From a virus (Duplodnaviria; Caudoviricetes), in IMG/VR virus record IMGVR_UViG_3300044695_004869: a stretch of 64,000 bases of DNA; one strand, given 5' to 3'. Shown in pieces: positions 1 to 10,513 of the stretch. The first letter of the stretch is position 1; every line of letters begins with the position of its first letter. Below the pieces are notes generated by a model. The model saw only the letters and a program-made list of their open reading frames with translations, did no database searches and was not told where the DNA came from. A program made the position numbers and the translations under genes.

Positions 1-3000
1 AATTATGTTGTGTGACCCAAGATAATGTACCTGTTGGGTTGTTATATGTCACAATTAATTTAGGTGAAACTCCGGGAATATATAAAATATCACCAGAAAC
101 ATATCTATTAGAAACTAAAGGAAATAAAATTGTTAAAACCGGTGAGGCTAAATTTGTGACATCAACGGTGAAAAAATTAGCTGATGAACCTAAAGGAAAA
201 GTAAATTGACTTATCAACACCGTGTTATCATTTATTACCCCTAATCCGGCTCCTGAGGTAAACGGTAATTGAGTTACCGTAGATCCGGTTGGTGAAATTG
301 CAAATGGACATGGAGTATAATCAAAAATTCTTAAATTAATCCCACCATTTGTAAAAATTCTATTAGTTGTATGTGCAATGTCCGCACCACCACCAGCAAA
401 AGGTGGGAAATATTGAGTTAAATTAGTTATTGTATTTGTATTTTGATTATATGATACAATAGATCCGAGACCTGATAAACTACCATTAAATAAAATACTA
501 CAATCTTCCAAACAAGGTAATCCTCCGGTTGGAGTTACCGTTGGGGTTGATGTGTTAGTGGGAGTATTGGTTGGGGTTGGTGGTGGATCTGTTGGGGTAA
601 CGGTTGGGGTTGGGGTTGTTGTTGGTGTGGCTTGAGGTACAGTAAATTCTAATGTTATACAATCAGGACTTTGACCCGAATCAAAAGACCTAATTTGTAA
701 AAAGTTTCCAAGATAAGAAGTCGTGTATGGTGGTGAAGTTTGTATTGTATAAAGTTCACCAGTAAAAGATCCAATATAAAAAAAATTATTCCATTGGAAA
801 AATGATTGAATGTAAGTTGTTATTGGAATTGGTATGTCTATTTGTGGTTGCCAAGACCCACCAACATAATGAAATTGTGTCACATATTTTTGATTTGTTG
901 TTGTGTCAAATCCTATGGTAATCATTTTACCGTTGTTATTCATAACAACTTCACTTATTTGTCTATCATTTGATAAATTACTTAATTGATATAATATAGT
1001 TTTGGACCAAATAGGCCCACTAATATCCACCAATACAATATCAAAACCTGTGTTACCGAATCCCATAGATACTAATAAATTAGGGTTAACGATATTTGTT
1101 ATTGGATCTCTATACACACATAATGCACCCGCCAACCAACCTAATGATGGGATAGCGCTTGGAGATGCGATGTCTCTAGACCATACCGCACTCCAAGGGT
1201 TTAATGTAATATCCCATTCTCTTATTCCTTGAGAAGCGTCTTGACATATCCATAATTTTGTTGATGTATTTGTCATGCTTTGCCCAAGTACATTTAAGGA
1301 TTGGGGTAAATTAAGAAATGTTGTTGTATTTAAGGATGGGTTATACACATATAAACCAACACTTGTTGGTTGAGAGGTATCCAACCTTGTCATTATTAGA
1401 GGAAGACAATCCACATTAACAAATTCTGATGTTGGAGTCGGGGTTGGTGTTGGTGTTGGAGTTGGAGTTACACATGGATTACAAAATACGAATAAATCAC
1501 AAGTGTTTGTACAAGAATTATAAACGTAACCATCAGGACAAGAATATCCGGTTTCAAGATAATCACCATTTTCATTCTGAACTACATTTGATTGTGGTAC
1601 ACCACTCGATGTAAAAATAATATTCAAGTCATTTAATGTTGTTGCATTTACTAAATCAGATAAGGTATTGTCGTAAATTTCACAACCAAAAGCGGCTTGT
1701 CCCCCGTCATTCCAACCATATAGTTCAACCACATGATCCCCCGCATTTAATGTGATAGGGTAAACATTCCATCTTGTGAAAGGGTAATTAGCACCATACC
1801 AAGATGAAGTTGCTAATTTTGTATTCACAATAACATTACCATCCAAAACTAATTTAAAATGATTATCTGCGGCTACACCTATGTAATAAGTTTTTGTTTC
1901 TGATATGTTTATACAAGTACTAAATCCAAGCCACGTATTCAAAGGAATGTATGATGGTGAACTTGTCCAAATACCACATCTATTTAATGGTCCTGATGAT
2001 GTTGAAGATGTTGTATTTTTCCAAAGATTTGGTGTATTAATTACCGTATATAAACCATCGGTAATTGATGTTACGAAACCATTGATTGTGTAGTTTGGGT
2101 TGTACACATAAGTACCAAACCCCGAATAACTACTATATGGTCTTGGAATTAAATCATATTGTGATGTTGGTGGTGTCGATTCAATAGATGATATTGTATA
2201 ACAAGTTGTAGCATTATATGCACTATACGATGGCCCACACTGAACTTCACAATCTAATTCACAAATTGGAGTTGTTGGAGTCATAGTTGGTGTTGGAGTT
2301 GATGTTGGTGCAGGTTGTATTGAATCGCTACATATATCAACAATTGTACCCGCTTCACTACCAGGACCTGTTATGGTTAGTGTGGTAAAAGGTGAAGAGT
2401 TTGAGATTGTAAATGTTCCTCCACCATTTTGAGGATCTGGTGAACCTGATGGACAATATGTTGCGGTAACCACATTTCCATTTATTGTGGCACAACAATA
2501 ATCACAAGAAGATAAAACAGGATTTCCCGTGTTTGTTGTAAACGTAAACGATTCCGCACCTAAAGTACTAATACTATAATTAATTAATCTTATGACTATA
2601 TTATTTACAGGAGAACTAAAGTTTAATATGTATGTAAAAGATGTATTGGAAATTGAACTACCTAAAAACACTGTATTTGTTGCCGATCCCGGTGGTGTCA
2701 TACACCAAGCAAGAACTCCACCGAATGTTGTTGATAGAACATCACCAAAACCAGATGCGGTTATTGTTACACCATTTACAATTGTTGAAGATCCCAAACC
2801 AGGTAAGGAACTAACTGATTCACATATTGGACAAACAGGAGTGGGGGTTGGAGTTGGTGGGATCTGAGTTGGTGTTGCTGTTGGGGTTGTAATAAAAGTT
2901 GTTGTGGGTGTTGGTGTGGGGGTAACATCACCACAAGGGTAATCTATTGTACATGGACCACAACCACTTAATTGTTCCGTTAATTTATCGAATTCTATTA

Positions 3001-3421
3001 CTAATGTTGGGGTAGATGCCGAAGTGGCTATGGTAACACACCCCGTAAATTGTGCCGACTCAACATAATATGAATTACTTGATAATGGAAAAAAGTCAGG
3101 TGGAACATCTGTTATTTGAATTATTTCATTTGAATTACAACAAGATACAAATATTGCAACTCCGGGTAATGGACAGGCTCCTATTGATACATCAAAAATT
3201 GCATCTGAACATACGTTGTTCGGGTCGTAAATATACCAACCTGTGTCAGGAAATGAGTCACTATCCGTTGATCTTGGTTCACCACAGAAAATACCTTCCC
3301 AACCAATCATTTCCCAATAACCATTTATATTCCATCTAATTGTTAATGGAGTTGCATTATCGTATGCAACCCAAGAAGGTTTTGAGTTATAAAAACCAAT
3401 AAAATTAAAATCATAATTCAT
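1..3421 (-). CDS. Large modular Pro/Thr-linker, Cys-rich putative virion surface protein (partial, runs off left edge, at least 1140 aa)
   Basis: Not in the ORF track. I translated it manually: ATG at 3421 (MNYDFNFIGFYNSKPSW...) and no stop in that frame down to position 2. It has TPTPT linkers between beta-rich modules (e.g. YYIGVAADNHFKLVLDG, and a module shared with 37277..41074). Confidence 0.85.
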   Translation of the reverse strand, partial: MNYDFNFIGFYNSKPSWVAYDNATPLTIRWNINGYWEMIGWEGIFCGEPRSTDSDSFPDTGWYIYDPNNVCSDAIFDVSIGACPLPGVAIFVSCCNSNEIIQITDVPPDFFPLSSNSYYVESAQFTGCVTIATSASTPTLVIEFDKLTEQLSGCGPCTIDYPCGDVTPTPTPTTTFITTPTATPTQIPPTPTPTPVCPICESVSSLPGLGSSTIVNGVTITASGFGDVLSTTFGGVLAWCMTPPGSATNTVFLGSSISNTSFTYILNFSSPVNNIVIRLINYSISTLGAESFTFTTNTGNPVLSSCDYCCATINGNVVTATYCPSGSPDPQNGGGTFTISNSSPFTTLTITGPGSEAGTIVDICSDSIQPAPTSTPTPTMTPTTPICELDCEVQCGPSYSAYNATTCYTISSIESTPPTSQYDLIPRPYSSYSGFGTYVYNPNYTINGFVTSITDGLYTVINTPNLWKNTTSSTSSGPLNRCGIWTSSPSYIPLNTWLGFSTCINISETKTYYIGVAADNHFKLVLDGNVIVNTKLATSSWYGANYPFTRWNVYPITLNAGDHVVELYGWNDGGQAAFGCEIYDNTLSDLVNATTLNDLNIIFTSSGVPQSNVVQNENGDYLETGYSCPDGYVYNSCTNTCDLFVFCNPCVTPTPTPTPTPTPTSEFVNVDCLPLIMTRLDTSQPTSVGLYVYNPSLNTTTFLNLPQSLNVLGQSMTNTSTKLWICQDASQGIREWDITLNPWSAVWSRDIASPSAIPSLGWLAGALCVYRDPITNIVNPNLLVSMGFGNTGFDIVLVDISGPIWSKTILYQLSNLSNDRQISEVVMNNNGKMITIGFDTTTNQKYVTQFHYVGGSWQPQIDIPIPITTYIQSFFQWNNFFYIGSFTGELYTIQTSPPYTTSYLGNFLQIRSFDSGQSPDCITLEFTVPQATPTTTPTPTVTPTDPPPTPTNTPTNTSTPTVTPTGGLPCLEDCSILFNGSLSGLGSIVSYNQNTNTITNLTQYFPPFAGGGADIAHTTNRIFTNGGINLRIFDYTPCPFAISPTGSTVTQLPFTSGAGLGVINDNTVLISQFTFPLGSSANFFTVDVTNLASPVLTILFPLVSNRYVSGDILYIPGVSPKLIVTYNNPTGTLSWVTQHN

Positions 3422-3447
3422 TTTTTATATCGTTTGTTTCTTTAATT

Positions 3448-5352
3448 TTAACTACTAATAAATGTAAGTAAATTACTCGTTATCTGTCCACCACCAGCGG
3501 CTGGTGTTAAAAATGCGGTAATGGATATTCTATATGTATGACCCGGAGGACAAGGACCACCATATCCATTTGGATTAACCGCGCTCGGGAACCAATCCGT
3601 CTGTTGTATTGTTGCTCCTGCTTGCCATCCAGTAGGTCCGCTTGCCCAAAAATTTATCGATGTTTGAGTAGGTGGTATGTTTGTAACTTTCCAATGTACA
3701 AAATAACCATTTGGACTTGTTCCTCCGGCGTTTATATCTTCCATTAATAAACTATAACTAATAACATCGTTTGTTGTAAAATTAGTTAAAGACCAACCTA
3801 ACCCAACACTATAGTTTAGTCCACCACAAAGAGGGTGTTTAACCACAGAACTTAATGTTTGCCCATTTAAGAATTGAGGACTCTGAACCAATATGCTTTT
3901 CGCTCCAAAATTTGCACCTCCACATGGGGTTTGTGTCATTGTAGTCCCTATCTGATAATAATAATTATTTTGACAGGTTGTTGCGGTTGTGGGGTTCAAA
4001 CCGGGTAAAGTTATTGTATTGATTGATTGTGGATTAACCATAGGTGCATTTCCTCCCATCCACGCTTTTATACCTAATTCATTTGCAACGTCATCAATAC
4101 GACAAGCATAACCCAACCAATTATTGTAAGTTCCCGTAAATGTAAATACATTTTGAGGTCCACTTGTTACAGGATATGAAGGAATACTATTTCCCGCAAA
4201 AACTAAACCAATTACTTTAAAGTTTGGTGATGCTTGAGTACCAAAATTTGCGATAAGAATTGACCCCGAATCTCCCGCCGCACATGGCCATAAACAATGA
4301 GGTTGGGCGGGATTTCCACTTGGTTTATAAAATGCAATCAATCTGTTATCGAAAGATGCGTTTGTACCATACTGATTACCTCCAGAAATATGCCATTTAT
4401 ATCCACCAACCGTTTGGAATTGGTTTATCCCAAATAATCTTAACTCACAACCTGGTGTTCCTAAACCTTTTGGACCTGTTGATCTTCCAGTACTATATAA
4501 TTGTGGGTTAGTGACCATCAAATTATCAATTTCTGCTGTCGTTGCAAAAGGTAACGGAGAAGTCATCAAAGATTCAAATCCCGAAAATTTCCACGATTGA
4601 TTGAAATCTATTTTATTACAATCAATACTAACTAATGCTCCATCTACTCTGTTTTTGGGAACTAAAGAAGGTGAGGGGGACGAAATTCCGACGGTTAAGT
4701 TAATAGAACTATTTGGAACTAAAGGCACATATCTTACAACTTGACCATATTTTAAATTTGTTTGGAAACCGAATTCGCCTGGTTGACAAGAAAAATTGCT
4801 ATTTGGAAAAACTTCATTTGTTGTTGGGAAATTATTTCCTAAGAAAGCATTTAAATTTTGGTATTGGGCAGCAATTGAGTTACCAATAACAACGTGATTA
4901 TTAGTTAAACCAACCAATGCATTTGTATGAATGTCTTGAACTATCATCCCTAATGTTCCGACAGAATTACTTTGATTAACGGAAGTTATCGATATTCCAC
5001 CCTTTAGTGTTGCAAATGCGGATCTGTTTGTTGGTGCAGTCAAAATAAATGGTTCACAAATGGGTGGTGGGTTAGTAACGGGTGTTGTTCTACTACATTG
5101 TAATGCGTAAACCTCACCAACTTGTATTACATCAGTTTTAAGTGTTAAATTATCGTTTATATTTATTTCTGAAGGTAATATCTCATCTTCAGATAATTCT
5201 GATAATGGTTTTTTTTCTTTAACGGTAAAGGATATACAAATTTCACCAGTATATACACCGCCAGTTTGTTTGAAAGAATACCCAACACCAATATCGGATG
5301 GTGTTTTATCAGCCCATTCTTGAAGTTTTTTATTTATTTCATTTGTTATCAT
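3448..5352 (-). CDS. NAL1-like trypsin-fold serine protease fused to a C-terminal PEBP/YbhB-like domain
   Basis: Triad motifs GLTNNHVV (His), RVDGALV (Asp), AAGDSGS (Ser). N-terminal GVGYSFKQTGG...KKPLSEL...TDVIQVG is typical of NAL1-like proteases. C-terminus SYSLLMEDINA...FVHWKVTNIP...GYGGPCPPGHTY matches PEBP/YbhB motifs. Confidence 0.8.
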   Translation of the reverse strand: MITNEINKKLQEWADKTPSDIGVGYSFKQTGGVYTGEICISFTVKEKKPLSELSEDEILPSEININDNLTLKTDVIQVGEVYALQCSRTTPVTNPPPICEPFILTAPTNRSAFATLKGGISITSVNQSNSVGTLGMIVQDIHTNALVGLTNNHVVIGNSIAAQYQNLNAFLGNNFPTTNEVFPNSNFSCQPGEFGFQTNLKYGQVVRYVPLVPNSSINLTVGISSPSPSLVPKNRVDGALVSIDCNKIDFNQSWKFSGFESLMTSPLPFATTAEIDNLMVTNPQLYSTGRSTGPKGLGTPGCELRLFGINQFQTVGGYKWHISGGNQYGTNASFDNRLIAFYKPSGNPAQPHCLWPCAAGDSGSILIANFGTQASPNFKVIGLVFAGNSIPSYPVTSGPQNVFTFTGTYNNWLGYACRIDDVANELGIKAWMGGNAPMVNPQSINTITLPGLNPTTATTCQNNYYYQIGTTMTQTPCGGANFGAKSILVQSPQFLNGQTLSSVVKHPLCGGLNYSVGLGWSLTNFTTNDVISYSLLMEDINAGGTSPNGYFVHWKVTNIPPTQTSINFWASGPTGWQAGATIQQTDWFPSAVNPNGYGGPCPPGHTYRISITAFLTPAAGGGQITSNLLTFISS

Positions 5353-5362
5353 TATATTTTTT

Positions 5363-6991
5363 TTAACAACTTATATTAGGTATTATGGAGAATGAATCAA
5401 ATTGAACTATAACACCATTATTATCGGTTTTAACCATATAAAGATTTTGTAAATTATTACATAAACCCGCTTGGGTTGGATCGTAAATAAACCTCGTATT
5501 TGTTTGGGGTGGATATATACCTGATCCGTTAGGAGTAAAACCATAAATTGTTACACCTAACGCCGGTGGACTATAACATCTTTTGGTCATTCCTTGAACT
5601 TGGGATGTAACGTTACAATTAGTCAAGAAACAAGCGTAAGTGTTAAGTTGACATTTTATTAAACTATCACTTATAGAAGATGGGTTTGTTATAACAACAT
5701 TAGAACCATTACAAACAAGATTATAACCTGTTTGAAATGAGAATGGATTTGGTATAAGATTTCCTCTTGTTGGTGTTGGTGTTGGAGTTTTAGTTGGTGT
5801 TGGAGTTGGTAATGGGTTATTACAATCATATACCTCAAATGAAACAAATGACGTAAATGGACCAACCGCAGCATTAATAGGTGTTCGAGTTGGAGTTTTA
5901 GTTGGTGTTGGTGTTGGAGTTTTAGTTGGGGTTGGAGTTAATCCAAATGTTTTACTTGGTGTTGGTGTTGGTGTTTTGGTTGGTGTTGTTGTTTTAGTTG
6001 GTGTATTTGTAGGAGTTGGAGATAAACCAGGAGTAGGTGTTGGAGTTTTAGTAGGGGTTGGTGTTAATCCTTGTGTTGGGGTTGGAGTTTGTGTTGGTGT
6101 TTGTGTTGGTGTTTTTGTTGGAGTTATAGTATTTGTAGGAGTTATTGTTGGAGTATTTGTTGGAGTTGGTGTTGGAGCAACCGGATCACAAGTACAAACA
6201 CTTTGAAGATATGTGGTACCATTACCTGTAAGTTTAGTAACAGATAATGCACATAATGTTGATGCAAAATCAGTTGAAGCACTGATTGTTGTTGTATTTC
6301 CAGAACAATCTAAATAACTAAATGTTGATCCTGTCACATCTGTACCACCATAATAATACCAAGTATTACAACAAGGTATTGGTGTAGAACTTGGGGTTAA
6401 AGTTGGAGTTGGAGTTGGAGTTGATGTTTGTACAAAAATTTCCATACAAAATTCATCAATAGGTACAGGTTCTGGCGCAAATGGACTCGGAGCAGGAGTT
6501 CTTGTTGGTGTAGGAGTTGGTGTGTCTTGAGGACAACAACATTCGGTTGTTGTCGTTGTTGTTGTTGGACAAACATTATTACAACATGGGAATTCTATTA
6601 GGTAACAATCTTCATATGGTAAATCTTCCGCAATAAAACTTTCTTGCACATTAATAAATAATTGTTCTCTTATTGGTAATATTAAAACACCTTGAGAATT
6701 TCTTAATAAAAATTGAGCCTCATATCTTGCGGTTTTATTTGTATCTTGTGGTTTAAATTGATAATATATATAATATTCAGGTTCAGCGTTTGGATCCATA
6801 AGTTCTTTCTCAACAAATCCAGCAGGGCTTGTTGAGATTTTAGGGATCCCGGTTTCAACATTTGTCATTGAAAAGAAGATTGCGGACTCTTCGATCATAT
6901 CCATGAAAGAATTGTAATCGCTTCTACCGTCTTTTACAACCTGTAATTTTAATATAGGGAGAGTAGCATTCTTTTTAATGAAAAATTCCAT
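5363..6991 (-). CDS. Putative structural protein: BppU-like N-terminal domain plus Pro/Thr-rich mucin-like linkers
   Basis: N-terminal [16 protein letters not shown]...YYQF...[12 protein letters not shown] resembles baseplate-upper-type Ig-like domains. Long (TP)n tracts and CC doublets follow. Confidence 0.55.
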   Translation of the reverse strand: MEFFIKKNATLPILKLQVVKDGRSDYNSFMDMIEESAIFFSMTNVETGIPKISTSPAGFVEKELMDPNAEPEYYIYYQFKPQDTNKTARYEAQFLLRNSQGVLILPIREQLFINVQESFIAEDLPYEDCYLIEFPCCNNVCPTTTTTTTECCCPQDTPTPTPTRTPAPSPFAPEPVPIDEFCMEIFVQTSTPTPTPTLTPSSTPIPCCNTWYYYGGTDVTGSTFSYLDCSGNTTTISASTDFASTLCALSVTKLTGNGTTYLQSVCTCDPVAPTPTPTNTPTITPTNTITPTKTPTQTPTQTPTPTQGLTPTPTKTPTPTPGLSPTPTNTPTKTTTPTKTPTPTPSKTFGLTPTPTKTPTPTPTKTPTRTPINAAVGPFTSFVSFEVYDCNNPLPTPTPTKTPTPTPTRGNLIPNPFSFQTGYNLVCNGSNVVITNPSSISDSLIKCQLNTYACFLTNCNVTSQVQGMTKRCYSPPALGVTIYGFTPNGSGIYPPQTNTRFIYDPTQAGLCNNLQNLYMVKTDNNGVIVQFDSFSIIPNISC

Positions 6992-7004
6992 TTATAGTTT
7001 TTAC

Positions 7005-7012
7005 TATAAATA
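7005..7012 (-). promoter_or_regulatory. TATTTATA motif (putative late promoter element)
   Basis: 13 nt upstream of the ATG at 6991. The same motif recurs upstream of many structural genes. Confidence 0.55.
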
Positions 7013-7029
7013 TGCGGAACTACTAAATA

Positions 7030-8703
7030 TTAACATTCTTTTCTTAAAGAACCATCATAATGATCAAATCTATTATGTTCTGTCGGTGTTGATAATAAAA
7101 TACCTGATTTAATATTACCTTTTACCGTTTCTTGATAACAATGACTCATTAATGTTTGTTCATATGGGTTTTGGAATTTTGTTTTTAAATAACAATTATA
7201 ATTTCCTTCCTTAGACATTAATATTGGCCAATTAGATAAATAAATTTCTCCCGAAGCGTAAGGTACATTTCTATAAGATTTTATATGTTTAAATTCTAAA
7301 TTTGGTGAATTTGGGTCTAATCCCTGTTGAGGTAATTTAGGGTTATTTGGCCAATGAGATTCTCTAAATTCTTGAGGTACATTGTACCAAGCCCATTGTT
7401 TGTCGTGGGAACCATAAAACTCACTGAAGTTTAATTTTAAAAAATCAAAATTTTCATTTTTTAGAATGTCTAATGTTATGTCAAATATATTTTTAATATA
7501 TCTATTAAAACCATTTCTACAAGTTAAATCACCACCATTGTAAAAAAACATATCATCTTCAAAAAAATAATAATACCCTAAATCTTTTTGTTCATCAAAA
7601 TGTTCGGCAATAAATTGTCTACCACCAGTTATTCCGATGTTATCCTTTTTTATATGTTCAAACCCATATTCATTACATAATTTAATGTATTCATCTGTAG
7701 TTGTTAAATCGGTAGAATTATTTAAAAGAAATTTTTTAGTTTCATTAATAAATTTAGGGTCGTATTCTAACATTGAATTAATTAGAGTTCTAAATTGATT
7801 TGGAGAATTAAATGTAATAACATATACAGCAATATCACTACCCGTGTTTTTTACTTTAGGTTTTCTATTTTTATTTAAAATAACAACATCATCATTCTTG
7901 ACATCCTCAAAGAATTTATATAATAAACCATTACTTTCTATTTGACAATAATCAATTAATTGTGGGTTTTGATATAATAATATTGTGAATAAACTTTCTT
8001 CCGTACCCATATATCCTTTATTTAAAGTTTCAATAAGTAGGTTATAATATAAGACATTTATTTCGGCTATTGTATGTTTATCACCACCAAAAAAACCTCC
8101 TCTCGCAACAATATTTGGTTCAGAATTAGTTAATCTTTTCATTTCATTATATTCAAAACCATGTACTTCATTTTCCGCATCATATGGAAAACAAACAAAT
8201 AAAAAATTATTTGTTAATATTTTTATTTTATCCATTACTTTATCGTGAGTAAAGTAACCCCAATGAACAGTATTAGTTATTCCCGCATCTATCCAATAAA
8301 GTGAATCGGAATTAAATTTATCTAATATCCTTGCATCATTTAACAAAAACATTTTAGACATAACTAAAGGATTATACATTTCTAATCTTGCCTGTGTGGA
8401 ATCTTTTAACCATCCCGAAAGAGTATACCAACTTTCGTTTAATCTAATTTTTTGTATTTTTTCGTAATATTCATTATTTTTGAACCAATCAACACTTCTA
8501 ACTATAAATTGAGTATTATCTTCATTTCTAAATGTTTTGGCATACTCAATAACTTCTTGGTCACCAAAGATTATTAAATTACCATCATATTGTAAAAGGT
8601 CTTTGAATTTTTCTAAATATGTGTCAAAAGATCTTGACCATCCTTCAGTTAAATTACCTCTTCCGATATTCCATAAACCGGTTACTAATGTTGTGTTTTT
8701 CAT
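7030..8703 (-). CDS. HtrL/YibB-family domain fused to a GT2-like glycosyltransferase domain
   Basis: TLVTGLWNIGRG...YWIDAG...RGGFFGG...MGTEE (HtrL-like). C-terminal VYVITFNS...NIGITGGRQ...YYFFEDD (GT-A). Confidence 0.65.
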   Translation of the reverse strand: MKNTTLVTGLWNIGRGNLTEGWSRSFDTYLEKFKDLLQYDGNLIIFGDQEVIEYAKTFRNEDNTQFIVRSVDWFKNNEYYEKIQKIRLNESWYTLSGWLKDSTQARLEMYNPLVMSKMFLLNDARILDKFNSDSLYWIDAGITNTVHWGYFTHDKVMDKIKILTNNFLFVCFPYDAENEVHGFEYNEMKRLTNSEPNIVARGGFFGGDKHTIAEINVLYYNLLIETLNKGYMGTEESLFTILLYQNPQLIDYCQIESNGLLYKFFEDVKNDDVVILNKNRKPKVKNTGSDIAVYVITFNSPNQFRTLINSMLEYDPKFINETKKFLLNNSTDLTTTDEYIKLCNEYGFEHIKKDNIGITGGRQFIAEHFDEQKDLGYYYFFEDDMFFYNGGDLTCRNGFNRYIKNIFDITLDILKNENFDFLKLNFSEFYGSHDKQWAWYNVPQEFRESHWPNNPKLPQQGLDPNSPNLEFKHIKSYRNVPYASGEIYLSNWPILMSKEGNYNCYLKTKFQNPYEQTLMSHCYQETVKGNIKSGILLSTPTEHNRFDHYDGSLRKEC

Positions 8704-8713
8704 ATACTTTTTT

Positions 8714-9589
8714 TTAAAGTGGTGTTATTGGATATTTTGGTATGAATCGTTCTTGATTTGGAATCCCTGTATTGTTAAATGTACAGGTAAAAAATAAAAA
8801 CCCCGAAAACCAATTGGCAATTCTATATATTTGTTTACAAGTTGATAACATATACATATCAAAAATGGTTTCTTTAAGATATTCATATAATATATCGTCT
8901 GTTAAATTCATAGTTCTAATATGTTCAAAGGTCAATGGAAATTTGTAATCATTTAAAATAAAATTTTCATGACTTGAATTTCTTAAATAGTTTTTAACTA
9001 TATCAAATTGAACGGAAACATAAACTTTTTTATTTTTATTTGAAATTAAAAAATCATCAATTTCACTTTTATATGTGTTAAGATCTTCTTCTTGATTTAC
9101 AGGATTGTCAGATGCGAATGGTCTATAGTGAATACCATAAAACTCATCTCCGAATGAATTACGTTTATTAACACAATATTCCATAACCTCATCTGTGAAA
9201 AAATTAATTTTTGGTAAATCGTCACGATAATACCATGAGTGTTTCATATGATGAATATTGTTTAATTCATCTACCTTTTTATCTACATATACAGAATAGA
9301 TGTGTTCGTAGTTATAATAATATTCATTATTATTTTTTACGGAATCAAATAAAGATGTGTCACCATTACTTATGATTGTTAGATTATCTAACATATCTAA
9401 TTTAAAAACTTTGTAAAAAACTGATCTATCGGCTGAATTAACTTTATAAGGGTTTCGTGTAAAATCTATATAAACATAAACAGTATAACCTAAGTTTTTT
9501 AATTGTTGTTGTACATCATATACCCTATATATGTTTGAATACATATCCCCTAACCCACTATTAAGACCTGTTATTATATGTGCATTCAT
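8714..9589 (-). CDS. Putative fucosyltransferase-like (GT-B, NodZ/O-FucT-like) glycosyltransferase
   Basis: SGLGDMY N-terminal motif, YGIHYRPF, DMYMLSTCKQIY...SGF. Confidence 0.5.
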   Translation of the reverse strand: MNAHIITGLNSGLGDMYSNIYRVYDVQQQLKNLGYTVYVYIDFTRNPYKVNSADRSVFYKVFKLDMLDNLTIISNGDTSLFDSVKNNNEYYYNYEHIYSVYVDKKVDELNNIHHMKHSWYYRDDLPKINFFTDEVMEYCVNKRNSFGDEFYGIHYRPFASDNPVNQEEDLNTYKSEIDDFLISNKNKKVYVSVQFDIVKNYLRNSSHENFILNDYKFPLTFEHIRTMNLTDDILYEYLKETIFDMYMLSTCKQIYRIANWFSGFLFFTCTFNNTGIPNQERFIPKYPITPL

Positions 9590-10509
9590 GAGTTATAATT
9601 TAAGATGTCATGCCATATCATATAGAATGGTTTTTGATTATTTGAATGTTCATTCCACATATTAAAATGAAATTCGTCATGTTCTCCTGATGAAAATGCG
9701 GAAAAATATAAATGAACAATTTCTTCATTGCTCATTCTATCTAATGCGATTTTCATTATCCCCTCTTCGGTACATAAGATACCGTGATTTAACACTGATT
9801 CAGTGAAGTTCCAAAAAAGATTAATATACTTTTTTAATACATTAGTATTACCTCCAATCATTCCACCAACAGGATACGGACTTTGGATTGTGTAATCAAT
9901 CAAACCTAAATTGTAAAAAGGATATGAAATTTGTGGGTTAATGGATGTTATTAAAGCAATTTTGTTTTCACACATTAAATTTAAATTATCAAATATTTTT
10001 GTGTTGAGTAATGATGAAAAATTATGTACATCATAATCTGACCACCAAGGTGCGGATAAATTTACGTGGTCTTCAATTTTATTGTATTTTTTTGAGTATC
10101 TCCACGGGAAAATTCCGGGATGTTGTAAACCAACATCTAACCAATAAACATAATCAAACCCCTCTAATTCTTTTTCAATGACTTCAAATTTACCCCACAT
10201 TATTTCAGGACCTCTACCATCTAAATCTGTGTTGAAGAATTTATCTCTAATTTCACTTATTTGTTTATGGTATTTCATATCAGATAACTCAAGTATTTTA
10301 ATTTCTAAATTACTTAAATTATAATCAGTTTTTATTTTGTTTAATTCTTCTAAATTTTTAGAATGTGTATAACAAACTACAGGTAAATTAATTCCCTGAC
10401 AATGTGAAATTAAAGATCCAATATATCTTGGTTTTCTTACATTTGTGGATCCTTGAAACGGATAACCGTTAACATCCATCCAATAAGCTGTTACAATTTT
10501 TGTCTTCAT
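9586..10509 (-). CDS. HtrL/YibB-like putative glycosyltransferase
   Basis: KIVTAYW, MWGKF, YVYWLDVGL, VGGMIGG, TEEGIM parallel the motifs of 7030..8703. Confidence 0.5.
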   Translation of the reverse strand: MKTKIVTAYWMDVNGYPFQGSTNVRKPRYIGSLISHCQGINLPVVCYTHSKNLEELNKIKTDYNLSNLEIKILELSDMKYHKQISEIRDKFFNTDLDGRGPEIMWGKFEVIEKELEGFDYVYWLDVGLQHPGIFPWRYSKKYNKIEDHVNLSAPWWSDYDVHNFSSLLNTKIFDNLNLMCENKIALITSINPQISYPFYNLGLIDYTIQSPYPVGGMIGGNTNVLKKYINLFWNFTESVLNHGILCTEEGIMKIALDRMSNEEIVHLYFSAFSSGEHDEFHFNMWNEHSNNQKPFYMIWHDILNYNS

Positions 10510-10513
10510 ACTT

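Noticed and set aside
12-3339. Short plus-strand ORFs in the first 3.4 kb
   Set aside because: They overlap the continuous minus-strand ORF (1..3421), whose translation is coherent and homologous to 37277..41074.
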